Positions 1 through 8,440 of a stretch of 64,000 nucleotides of DNA are shown here, piece by piece. How positions within the stretch are numbered: position 1 is the first letter of the stretch; every line of letters begins with the position of its first letter. A program made the position numbers and the translations under genes. Under the pieces are notes generated by a model. The model searched no databases and had not been told where the DNA came from. It worked only from the letters and a program-made list of their open reading frames with translations. Origin of the DNA: Candidatus Latescibacterota bacterium. Lineage in GTDB: Bacteria > Latescibacterota > UBA2968 > GCA-2709665. The stretch covers positions 5,504,001 to 5,568,000 of the forward strand of contig OZ241917.1 in the NCBI GenBank assembly GCA_965203805.1, written 5' to 3'.

Positions 1-1
1 G

Positions 2-217
2 GCAACCAGAGCAAAAGGAAAAGAATTCGACACTGTCATTCTGCTCGACACGGTTCAAGGCATCTGGCCGCATAACAGGGCAGTAGACGCACGAGAGTTG
101 GAGGCGGAACGCCGGCTCTTCTACGTTGCCTTCACTCGTGCCATGAATCGGGTCCTGCTGCTATGCAGCACCGATTCGGGGATCAGAAGCCAGTTCATCG
201 ACGAATTGGGCATTTAA
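2..217 (+). CDS. C-terminal end of a UvrD/Rep-like SF1 helicase (5' part lies outside the window)
   Basis: Frame 2 reads ATRAKGKEFDTVILL...EAERRLFYVAFTRA (SF1 motifs V and VI); stop TAA at 215-217. Confidence 0.9.
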   Translation, partial: ATRAKGKEFDTVILLDTVQGIWPHNRAVDARELEAERRLFYVAFTRAMNRVLLLCSTDSGIRSQFIDELGI

Positions 218-647
218 AGTGCAGGCGGGCAACGCTTTATTGTACTCCGTCCATCTTCCCAAATGTTGTAACGCACTTTATTGCGTCAGCACTTCCTAGA
301 TTGCACTTTTCGGATTACTCACTACGCTCCAATGTCGTGGGATGTTATGGAATGCGCCATGCGTTACGCCTTAATCGAGCAATTCAAGAGGAAATAAAAA
401 GAAAAGCAACACCCGTTACACAATCCACCCAACCGACAGTTGGACTTCGCATGTCCAGAGTCAGGATAAAGGGTGGAGTCCTTGCGTGCAGGCGGTGATC
501 TAATACGGCCCTAAGTTCAATGCAGGAAACCTCCTCAAGGGTAACCGGGACCGTCTTGGTCTACTTGCTGATTTACGTAACCACGGACGTATTGTCGGGT
601 AGACGACAGTTAGACGCGAAATTGCAATTTCAGAACTGCCAGTCTCG

Positions 648-899
648 ATGGGGGATTTGATGGCATCCAGAGATCATTTTGCGATGGATATGACCTGTCC
701 AGCATGTCTACGGCAAGGAAAGGCTGGAGTCTCGGAGGACGATTACCCGTTTATGAAGCCACACTCCGGGTTTTCAATTGACCGAGTTTCCGATGGCTTT
801 ACCGTAGTCTGTCGTTCGGATTTTGAGAGGGCAACAGTGAGCTGTGAATGCGGGTGTGTTTTTGAACTTCAACATACGAGCCCAGCCGTCTTTGCTTAG
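648..899 (+). CDS. Small hypothetical protein, possible zinc ribbon
   Basis: 83 aa with CPAC near the N-terminus and CECGC near the C-terminus. Confidence 0.55.
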   Translation: MGDLMASRDHFAMDMTCPACLRQGKAGVSEDDYPFMKPHSGFSIDRVSDGFTVVCRSDFERATVSCECGCVFELQHTSPAVFA

Positions 900-1003
900 C
901 CGAAACCAAAAAGATCGTGGACAACGCTATGTCCGCGAAGTTTTTGGCAATGATCAATAGCGTACATCTATTGTGCTGTAAATTGCGCAACGAAGTGGGC
1001 ATA

Positions 1004-1921
1004 CTAGAGCGCATGTGTGAGTAGCAGTCTGTCTGCCACGACCTCGCGTTCCAGGGTTTGTCCGCGCATTTGGAACCGTCTAAGCATTGAACGGCCGCAA
1101 TTTATCCGTACCTCCTTTTCAAATACGCCGTCAGGCACCGAATAGTTACAATCTTGGTTGCCAGATTTTTTGGTGCCGTCTAGACTAAGGGCTACGAACA
1201 CGCCGCGGTCTTTTGCTCGCCGTATAACGTGAAACAAGTGTTCTTGACTGAAAGATTGCGCGCCATATAGTATGGCTTGGCTATATGAGTATGGTGGGTC
1301 ACAATACACGACATCACCCTTACGAGTTTTTTCGATAGAATCTTCATATTCCCTATGAAAAAACTGCGTACCTTTAACACGTCTCGTCCATTCGTCAACC
1401 CGACGTCCGAAGGTACCATAGTGGATAGGTTTGTGTACTCCACAGGGAGTGGACATATATCCATCGCGTTGTCTGAATCTCATCACTCCGCCATATGCAG
1501 AACGGCTTAGAAAGAGAAGATCGCCTGGATTAGCATTGTGATTATACCGAGCTTTTATCTTCTCGTACTGGACAGTTTTTTCACCTCGTTGGGCTTCTTT
1601 CCAACGCTCGCGGTACCACTGCTTAAGCGTTTCAGGATCGTCCTTTAGAGTTTGCCAGATTTCAACAAGTGGCTTAAAGCAGTCCGAGGCCTCTGCCTTG
1701 CGTGGTGCAAGTACTGCCAGCACACCGCCAGATCCCAAAAAAGGTTCGTGATACGTACCAAATCTTCGTGGAAAATGTGAGATGATTTCATGTGCGAACC
1801 TTTGTTTATTCCCAATCCACTTGAGAAGCTGGGACTTGTATGGCTCAATTCCTAGTGTTGAATTGAAATGGGCGGAATCCTCATCGTCAATTTGGCCAGC
1901 AAGATTAAGTCCTAATTGCAT
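1004..1921 (-). CDS. DNA adenine methyltransferase (Dam/D12 alpha class) of a type II R-M system
   Basis: LKWIGNK, EPFLGSGGV (SAM-binding motif I) and YCDPPY (motif IV). Confidence 0.93.
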   Translation of the reverse strand: MQLGLNLAGQIDDEDSAHFNSTLGIEPYKSQLLKWIGNKQRFAHEIISHFPRRFGTYHEPFLGSGGVLAVLAPRKAEASDCFKPLVEIWQTLKDDPETLKQWYRERWKEAQRGEKTVQYEKIKARYNHNANPGDLLFLSRSAYGGVMRFRQRDGYMSTPCGVHKPIHYGTFGRRVDEWTRRVKGTQFFHREYEDSIEKTRKGDVVYCDPPYSYSQAILYGAQSFSQEHLFHVIRRAKDRGVFVALSLDGTKKSGNQDCNYSVPDGVFEKEVRINCGRSMLRRFQMRGQTLEREVVADRLLLTHAL

Positions 1922-1933
1922 CGGTTCCTCCTT

Positions 1934-2007
1934 CGTCTTGATCGATTGATCATAAAATACACGATTTTGGGATATTCCGCAAGGAAAAAACCCTTGCTTT
2001 CAAGACG
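1934..2007. promoter_or_regulatory. Divergent M / C-R control region with inverted repeats (candidate C-protein operators)
   Basis: CGTCTTGA (1934-1941) pairs with TCAAGACG (2000-2007); GCAAGG-N7-CCTTGC (1979-1997); AAAAT-N5-ATTTT (1954-1968); two GATC sites at 1940 and 1948. Confidence 0.45.
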
Positions 2008-2017
2008 GTTGGATGTC

Positions 2018-2281
2018 ATGGCAAATCTCATTACAAGATCGCGAAGGGTCCTGCTGGGGCTCCTAAGAGATACTAGAGTTGAGGCGGGCTTTCGGCAAAT
2101 CGACTTGGCAAGATGCCTGAATATACCGCAATCCCGAGTAAGCAAATACGAAGTCGGAGAACGTCGACTCGATCTCTTGGAACTTCGGGAGATCTGTACT
2201 GCACTTGGAAAGCCATTAGGAGAGTTTGTGCTAGAACTTGAGAGTCGAATCCGAGCAGAGAACAATGAAACCGACAGCTAG
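2018..2281 (+). CDS. XRE-family HTH protein, probable R-M controller (C protein)
   Basis: QIDLARCLNIPQSRVSKYEVGERRLD HTH; divergent from the MTase and overlapping the start of the nuclease gene. Start chosen at ATG 2018. Confidence 0.85.
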   Translation: MANLITRSRRVLLGLLRDTRVEAGFRQIDLARCLNIPQSRVSKYEVGERRLDLLELREICTALGKPLGEFVLELESRIRAENNETDS

Positions 2282-3143
2282 ATTTATGCGGAAGCCCAAG
2301 TCATTCTGGGCAGCTGTGAGATCCTTGAGCCAACAGGTAGGTTACAGTTTCGCGGGGTCCGTAATTGTTCCGACATTGGACGAAATGTGGACGGCCTTTT
2401 CGAAAATTAAACTTGAGTCGTCTCATTTGATGGTGAATGGAGAACCGACCAAATTTGCCACAGACCTGTTAGATTACTTTAAGGAACGGGCACGAGTTCT
2501 CAATTGTGAGGTCGAACCGAGTTTAATGAACGTGCATGAAGCAAAAGCCCTGTTCGAGCAACTTCGCGACGAATTCACTCCGAATTGTCCAATCCCGATG
2601 AACAAACAAAAGGGCGACAAGAGAGCGGAGGCGTATTTAACAGGCATCGTGAATATGATGATTGAGAGGTACTCTGAGGGACTGCCTTGCGACTACGATC
2701 CACGGGAGCTTACTACATTTACTTACAAAGGTGCGCCGCTGAGGACTCTGGCACGCAGAGTAGATGGAGCTTTTCCTTCTGCGAAAAACCCGATAGCTCT
2801 TTGGGAGATAAAGGAATACTATTATACTACTACATTTGGCAGCCGGGTGGCCGATGGCGTTTATGAAACACTGCTTGATGGGATGGAGATTGAGGAACTG
2901 CGGGAACACGAGGGCGTAGATGTGAAGCACTATCTGATGGTTGATGCGTACTATACTTGGTGGGAATGCGGCAAGGCCTATCTATGCAGGATGTTTGACA
3001 TGCTTCATATGGGATACGTGGATGAGATATTGTTCGGAAAACAGGTGGTTCACGAAATGCCCCGGATTGTTCGGGAGTGGGTAGATGCCTATAATAGGCG
3101 GCTATTGCAGGATCTGCGTGATAATACCGTTTCAAACTCCTGA
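2265..3143 (+). CDS. Probable type II restriction endonuclease (PD-(D/E)xK fold)
   Basis: RRVDGAFP...LWEIKEY (D...ExK); lies downstream of the C gene and divergent from the MTase. Confidence 0.75.
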   Translation: MKPTARFMRKPKSFWAAVRSLSQQVGYSFAGSVIVPTLDEMWTAFSKIKLESSHLMVNGEPTKFATDLLDYFKERARVLNCEVEPSLMNVHEAKALFEQLRDEFTPNCPIPMNKQKGDKRAEAYLTGIVNMMIERYSEGLPCDYDPRELTTFTYKGAPLRTLARRVDGAFPSAKNPIALWEIKEYYYTTTFGSRVADGVYETLLDGMEIEELREHEGVDVKHYLMVDAYYTWWECGKAYLCRMFDMLHMGYVDEILFGKQVVHEMPRIVREWVDAYNRRLLQDLRDNTVSNS

Positions 3144-3513
3144 GATCGGAATTCTTCGATCAGTGGGGCAGTTCGTGAGAGTTGTGTTCGACATCTACTT
3201 GAACGGTACCACCGTCTAACGCTAGCCTGCTTCGGTGTGCGATTTTGTTCCATTTGAGTCAAGTTTTCTGCTGAGAGCGCTCATCGGGGGCCTGTTTTAT
3301 GTACGCCACGACGGCTATGCGACAACACGTCTTGGCGCACTGAGGCGAAGCCTCGTTTGAAGCTTTGCGGTTACGTGGTCCTTGATGAATGGCTCCCAGA
3401 CCGCCAATGCGAGAACCTTGGGCGTTCGCACGCGTACAGGAAGTTCCAGTATTTCACCGATACGATGTGTCGAATGACACCTATCACGTTTGTATCCGGA
3501 ATGGCATATCAAC

Positions 3514-3951
3514 ATGACGCATGAGGCTAGTTTCGAAATAAAAACTGCTCAGGATTTTTTGCATGAAATGGTTATACCTCAGTACAACGATTTCATTAGC
3601 AAGAATTCATCTTCACGCTATGCTTTGACGGCAATAATACTTGCATACCATATGTACGAATGGGTTCACGGGGCAGGGAAGTTTTGTCCTCAACATTTCC
3701 AGACGACCTATCCCAATGATCAAGGCTTGACGGAAAAATTCGATCTTGCAAGGAAGATTACAAACGGCACGAAGCACTTTTTGCCGAAGGTTCAAACTCT
3801 GAAACAATCAGGTTTCTCGTCCGGATTCAGCAACGCCTTCGCTCGCCCCCTGAACGTGATTTTGAACGATGGCAGTATGCTTTCCGTTGACGATTTATTG
3901 CGTGATATTGTGGAATTCTGGAAGAAACTGGACAAATGTGGCGGACTCTGA
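3514..3951 (+). CDS. Hypothetical helical protein with a HEPN-like R-x3-N-x3-H motif
   Basis: Low-GC ORF containing LARKITNGTKH, with AYHMYEW upstream. Confidence 0.6.
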   Translation: MTHEASFEIKTAQDFLHEMVIPQYNDFISKNSSSRYALTAIILAYHMYEWVHGAGKFCPQHFQTTYPNDQGLTEKFDLARKITNGTKHFLPKVQTLKQSGFSSGFSNAFARPLNVILNDGSMLSVDDLLRDIVEFWKKLDKCGGL

Positions 3952-4063
3952 GGCTGTTCCGTTGCCGCCGCTCCCGTTCTATTTCCACATCGGTGGATCT
4001 CGCCACACTGCAGGATGGGCAAACGCGCGTCTCGATCACGTTTGCGGCGCGTTACCGGGAAAT

Positions 4064-4336
4064 ATGAGGATCAGGCACAAGGGCTTACGGGCGCTGCACG
4101 AGCGGGACGATCCAGCACGGCTTCCGCCCAGTTGGGTGCCGCGGCTTCGGCGCATCCTGTTCCGTCTGCAAGAGGCGAACCATCCAGGCAGCGCGGACGC
4201 GCCTGGCTTCCGTCTACATCCATTGAAGGGAGACCGGGCGGGTGAGTGGAGCGTTAGCGTCACCGGAAACTGGCGTGTAGTATTCCGTTTTGAGGACGGA
4301 GAGGTCGTGGACGTGGACCTGACCGATTATCACTGA
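4064..4336 (+). CDS. higB: HigB (RelE/ParE superfamily) toxin
   Basis: MRIRHKGLRALHE...GFRLHPLKGDRAGEWSVSVTGNWRVVFRF...DYH; toxin gene precedes the antitoxin gene. Confidence 0.92.
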   Translation: MRIRHKGLRALHERDDPARLPPSWVPRLRRILFRLQEANHPGSADAPGFRLHPLKGDRAGEWSVSVTGNWRVVFRFEDGEVVDVDLTDYH

Positions 4337-4355
4337 CCGGAAGGAAACGCTGACC

Positions 4356-4640
4356 ATGAACGAAGTTTCATACAACCGTGTGGGCCCGATGCTGAACCCG
4401 CCGCATCTGGGTGAACTGATCCGCGAGAGCATGGATGAGGTTGGCTGGAACATCACCGAGACGGCGGTACGCCTTGGCTGCGAACGAGGTACGCTATCGC
4501 GCGTGTTGAACGGCAAGGCGGGGGTGTCCGCGAAGATGGCGCTTGCGCTGGAGGATATCGGCTGGGGCACCGCCGATCACTGGATGCGAATGCAGGCGAG
4601 TTACGTGCTTGCACGGGCACGCCAGGAACACGTTGCCTAA
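4356..4640 (+). CDS. higA: HigA family antitoxin
   Basis: PPHLGELIRE...HTH...MALALE...WMRMQASY. Confidence 0.92.
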   Translation: MNEVSYNRVGPMLNPPHLGELIRESMDEVGWNITETAVRLGCERGTLSRVLNGKAGVSAKMALALEDIGWGTADHWMRMQASYVLARARQEHVA

Positions 4641-4810
4641 TGGACCAGTTCGTAAGGAGGGGGATAGATTGAGCCGCAGAGTTCCGTAACAATGGCTGTC
4701 TCCGCCAGTTTACGGGATGGCACACCCGCTGAAAGGGTATCAACGATGTGCGGGTGTTGGCTTCACGCTCCGGCACGATCCCGAAGGGGTTTTCTGTGGG
4801 ACATCAGGTT

Positions 4811-5734
4811 TTGAGTACGGACGTCGGTTCCCGGATTCAGCCGACGATTGTCGAGCACGTCGGCAGGACGCCGCTGTTGCGCATCCGGAAGTTCGCGGAC
4901 CACCTGGACGGCGTTGAGATTTACGCGAAAATGGAGATGTTCAACCCGGGCGGATCGGTCAAGGACCGGCCGGCGCTGCAGATGATCCAGGACGCTGTCG
5001 CGACGGGGGAATTGACACGCGACAGGGTGATTATCGATTCCACGTCCGGCAATACGGGTATCGCCTACGCCATGATCGGCGCGGCGCTGGGGTACCGGGT
5101 GGAACTGGTGATGCCGGGCAGCGTGAGCGTGGAACGCCGGCACGTGATCCAGGCCTACGGGGCCGACCTCGTGCTGAGCGATCCGCTGGAAGGCTCCGAC
5201 GGCGCCATTCTGAAGTGCAGGGAGATTCTGGCGGCGAATCCCGAGCGTTATTACAAGCCGGATCAGTACAATAACCCGTCGAATCCCAGGGCGCACTATC
5301 TGCAGACCGCACCGGAAATCTGGCGGCAGACGCGCGGCCGCGTGACCCATTTCGTGGCGACGCTCGGCACCAGCGGCACGTTGATCGGTACCGGCCGGCG
5401 GCTGAAGGAATACAACCCCGAAATCCGGATTGTCGCCGTGGAGCCGCCCGAGTTTCACGGAATCGAAGGACTCAAGAATATGGACGTGTCCATCGTGCCG
5501 GGCATTTACGACCCTTCCGTGTGGGATCGCAAGATCCGCGTGGAGACCGAAGACGCCTATACGGCCGCCAGGCGGCTGACGCGCGAACTCGGCGTGCCCG
5601 CCGGGCAGTCGTGCGGCGCGGCCTTCGCCGGGGCGTTGCGCGTGGCCGAGGAGGCGGGCGAAGGGGTGGTGGTTACCCTTTTCCCGGACAGCGGCGAGAA
5701 ATACATGAGCACGCCGCTCTGGCGCCTGGACTGA
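4811..5734 (+). CDS. cysM: Cysteine synthase family PLP enzyme, probably sulfur-carrier (CysO)-dependent CysM type; start uncertain (4748 or 4811)
   Basis: NPGGSVKDR (PLP lysine), STSGNTG, LGTSGT; adjacent to mec and cysO homologues. Confidence 0.85.
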   Translation: MSTDVGSRIQPTIVEHVGRTPLLRIRKFADHLDGVEIYAKMEMFNPGGSVKDRPALQMIQDAVATGELTRDRVIIDSTSGNTGIAYAMIGAALGYRVELVMPGSVSVERRHVIQAYGADLVLSDPLEGSDGAILKCREILAANPERYYKPDQYNNPSNPRAHYLQTAPEIWRQTRGRVTHFVATLGTSGTLIGTGRRLKEYNPEIRIVAVEPPEFHGIEGLKNMDVSIVPGIYDPSVWDRKIRVETEDAYTAARRLTRELGVPAGQSCGAAFAGALRVAEEAGEGVVVTLFPDSGEKYMSTPLWRLD

Positions 5735-5746
5735 AGGAGAGCGGAT

Positions 5747-6214
5747 TTGGATCGGGCGGTCTGGAAAGAGATTCACGAACACGCGGGAAGGGATTATCCC
5801 GCCGAATGCTGCGGGATCGTCGCGGAAGGTGCGGACGGCGGTTTTCAGGTGCATCCATGCGAGAACATACAGGACCGGCTGCACGCGCGAAGCCCGGAAG
5901 AACACCCGCGCACCTCGAAAAACGCCTACCGTATGGACGATCTGGAAGTCCACCGGATTTTTACGGAGACGGAAAATGCGGGCGGACGCGTGGCCGCGTT
6001 CTATCATTCGCACATCGACTGCGGCGCGTATTTTTCCGAGGAGGACCGTCAGGCCGCCATGTTCATGGACCAGCCGGCCTTTCCCGACGTGGTGTACCTG
6101 GTGGTCTCCGTGGTGGACGGCGCCGTACGGGGCGCGGCCGGATTCGCTTGGGACGAGCAGACGAAGGAATTTGCGGAATCGGCGCTGGAGGGCTACGATC
6201 CGGCAATCCGATAG
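5747..6214 (+). CDS. JAMM/Mov34 (M67) metallopeptidase, Mec-like
   Basis: YPAECCG and FYHSH...FSEED (E...HxH-x10-D JAMM motif). Confidence 0.9.
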   Translation: MDRAVWKEIHEHAGRDYPAECCGIVAEGADGGFQVHPCENIQDRLHARSPEEHPRTSKNAYRMDDLEVHRIFTETENAGGRVAAFYHSHIDCGAYFSEEDRQAAMFMDQPAFPDVVYLVVSVVDGAVRGAAGFAWDEQTKEFAESALEGYDPAIR

Positions 6215-6357
6215 GGTCCGGATCGCGGGTGGGCCTCACGAAAAAAAACGGGCGCACACAGGAATAAACGGACAGACCGACGCATTCAGATTTCAATTGC
6301 CGTAACATATTTCCGGGACGGGACACCAGATTCAACCACAATCAGGAGGCTTGGACG

Positions 6358-6642
6358 ATGGGCTTGACCGTACGAATTCCGACGCCGTTGCGAAAATTCA
6401 CGGGCGACCGCGCGGACGTTGAAGCCAGCGGCTCGACACTGGGCGAATTGCTCGACGACCTGGAAGCCAGACATCCGGGCATCAAGGAAAACCTGGTCGA
6501 TGCGGGCACCGGCGGCTTGCGCCGGTTTGTGAACGTGTACGTCAACGACGAGGACGTCCGTTTTCTCGATGGTACGGAGACGCCGCTCAAAGAAGGCGAC
6601 AGCGTAACCATCGTTCCGGCTATCGCCGGAGGGCGATGTTGA
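6358..6642 (+). CDS. MoaD/ThiS ubiquitin-like sulfur carrier (CysO-like) ending GG-RC
   Basis: VRIPTPLR...RRFVNVYVNDEDVRFL...IVPAIAGGRC*. Confidence 0.92.
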   Translation: MGLTVRIPTPLRKFTGDRADVEASGSTLGELLDDLEARHPGIKENLVDAGTGGLRRFVNVYVNDEDVRFLDGTETPLKEGDSVTIVPAIAGGRC

Positions 6643-6687
6643 TTACCGCCGTGGCCCATCTCCGCCAGGCTTGTTCGGAGGCCGCCT

Positions 6688-7116
6688 ATGCAAATCTCCT
6701 CAAAGGGCAATTACGGATTGCGGGCCGTTCTGGATCTGGCGCTTCATTACGGCGAGGGGGTCGTGCAGAGTGCGGATATCGCGACCAGACAGGACATTCC
6801 GGAGTCATATCTTGCACAGTTGCTGAATCTGCTGCGCAATGCCGGGCTGGTACGGAGCGTCAGAGGACCCCGGGGCGGCCACGAACTGATCCGGCGGCCC
6901 GACGACATTACCGTGGGGGCGGTTCTGGAGGTCCTTGAGGGGCCGGTCCGGTTGTCCGGAGAAACGCCGGAAGGCGAGCACGGGACAAAGGACGTTTTGC
7001 GGGAAGTCTATGAACGGCTGGAGGCGGCCGTGGAGGAAGTCCTGGACTCGGTCACGTTCGGCGACCTCTGCGCGAAATATCGAACCAAAAGCGGGCGTAT
7101 TGTCTTTCGGATCTAG
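6688..7116 (+). CDS. Rrf2-family transcriptional regulator (CymR-like, lacks the Fe-S Cys triad)
   Basis: YGLRAVLDLA...IPESYLAQLL...VRSVRGPRGG. Confidence 0.9.
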   Translation: MQISSKGNYGLRAVLDLALHYGEGVVQSADIATRQDIPESYLAQLLNLLRNAGLVRSVRGPRGGHELIRRPDDITVGAVLEVLEGPVRLSGETPEGEHGTKDVLREVYERLEAAVEEVLDSVTFGDLCAKYRTKSGRIVFRI

Positions 7117-8274
7117 TGTTTCGTCCCAGGAGTAACTTGCAAAAATAGTTCACTTGCCATAGATTCCCTATAGCGAAAGGAGGAATCTATGGCCAGGGGA
7201 CGTCCGTTAGCGCCACTGAGTATTGGGGATGAGGTTCGTGCGCAACTGGAAACCATTTCCCGTTCAAGAAGCATGTCGCACAGTCTTGTGTGCCGGGCGA
7301 AGATCGTTCTGATGAGTGATCAAGGGCTGTCGAATCAGCAGATCGGACGACAGCTTGGTCTGTCGGGAGCCACAGTCGGGAAGTGGCGCCGTCGGTTTTT
7401 AGAACAAGGTCTGATGGGGCTTTATGATGAATTGCGCCCCGGGGGGCCCCGCTCGATCAGCGATGAGCGCATCGCCTCGCTGATTCATGCAACGCTCAAA
7501 GACAAGCCGTCGGGAGCCACCCACTGGACCTGCCGCTCTCTGGCAGCCCAGACGCAACTGTCCAAGTCCACGGTTCAGCGCGTGTGGAAAGCGTTTGGTC
7601 TACAGCCGCACCGGCAAAAACACTTCAAGCTGTCCAATGATCCGTTCTTTGTCGAGAAGGTACGTGACATTGTCGGACTGTATCTGAACCCTCCCGACAA
7701 CGCGATGGTATTATGCGTTGACGAAAAGAGTCAGATCCAGGCATTGGAGCGAACGCAGCCGATATTGCCTTTGGGGTTGGGCTATGTGGAAGGGGTCACC
7801 CACAATTATATCCGGCACGGCACCACGACCTTGTTCGCCGCGCTGGAGGTCGCTTCCGGCAAGGTGCTGGCCCAATGCAAACCCCGACATCGACACCAGG
7901 AATTTTTACAATTCCTCAAATATATCGACCAAAACGTCCCGAAGGACCTTGACATTCATCTCGTCGTCGACAACTACGCCACGCACAAGCACGAAAAAAT
8001 CAAACGCTGGATCGCAGCCAGGCCCCGATACCACGTTCACTATACACCGACCTATGCGTCCTGGCTCAACCAGGTCGAGATCTGGTTCGGCATCATTACC
8101 CAGAAAGCCATCCGACGCGGGACCTTCAAAAAGGTGAAAGACCTCATCGCCAACATTCAGGATTTCACCAACCATTATAACGCCAACTCACGACCGTTCG
8201 TCTGGACCGCCACCGCAGAATCGATCCTTGACAAGATCACCAGACTTTTTGAACTAATTCATGGGACAAGACAC
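7116..8274 (+). mobile_element. IS630-family insertion sequence A
   Basis: Ends TA|GTGTTTCGTCCCA ... TGGGACAAGACAC|TA; flanking TA at 7114-7115 and 8275-8276; encodes a DDE transposase. Confidence 0.93.
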
Positions 8275-8277
8275 TAG
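7189..8277 (+). CDS. IS630-family transposase
   Basis: N-terminal HTH, VLCVDEKSQIQ, VVDNYATH, SWLNQVEIWF. Confidence 0.95.
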   Translation: MARGRPLAPLSIGDEVRAQLETISRSRSMSHSLVCRAKIVLMSDQGLSNQQIGRQLGLSGATVGKWRRRFLEQGLMGLYDELRPGGPRSISDERIASLIHATLKDKPSGATHWTCRSLAAQTQLSKSTVQRVWKAFGLQPHRQKHFKLSNDPFFVEKVRDIVGLYLNPPDNAMVLCVDEKSQIQALERTQPILPLGLGYVEGVTHNYIRHGTTTLFAALEVASGKVLAQCKPRHRHQEFLQFLKYIDQNVPKDLDIHLVVDNYATHKHEKIKRWIAARPRYHVHYTPTYASWLNQVEIWFGIITQKAIRRGTFKKVKDLIANIQDFTNHYNANSRPFVWTATAESILDKITRLFELIHGTRH

Positions 8278-8438
8278 TATCCTGTCCCAAAAATACCTCA
8301 CCATTCTTCCGCCGATTCATCCCGTCTCGCGGCGTTGCCAGCGCTCGACGACCTGGCCAGGTCGCCTGCGCTCTGGCGCCTTGCGAGCCGGGCGACTCGA
8401 CGGCCGAATTCAGGCAACTTATTTCCGGGACAGAACAC
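8277..8438. mobile_element. 162-bp MITE with IS630-type ends
   Basis: Ends GTATCCTGTCCCAAAAATA / TATTTCCGGGACAGAACAC, TA on both sides, no transposase; internal long hairpin centred on GACCTGGCCAGGTC. Confidence 0.85.
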
Positions 8439-8440
8439 TA

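Noticed and set aside
163-498. 111-aa ORF
   Set aside because: Overlaps the helicase end, has no RBS or motif, and is likely spurious.
3210-3270. GTCTAAC resembling an integron attC inverse core
   Set aside because: No matching GTTRRRY with a paired stem, no repeated cassette structure and no integrase seen.
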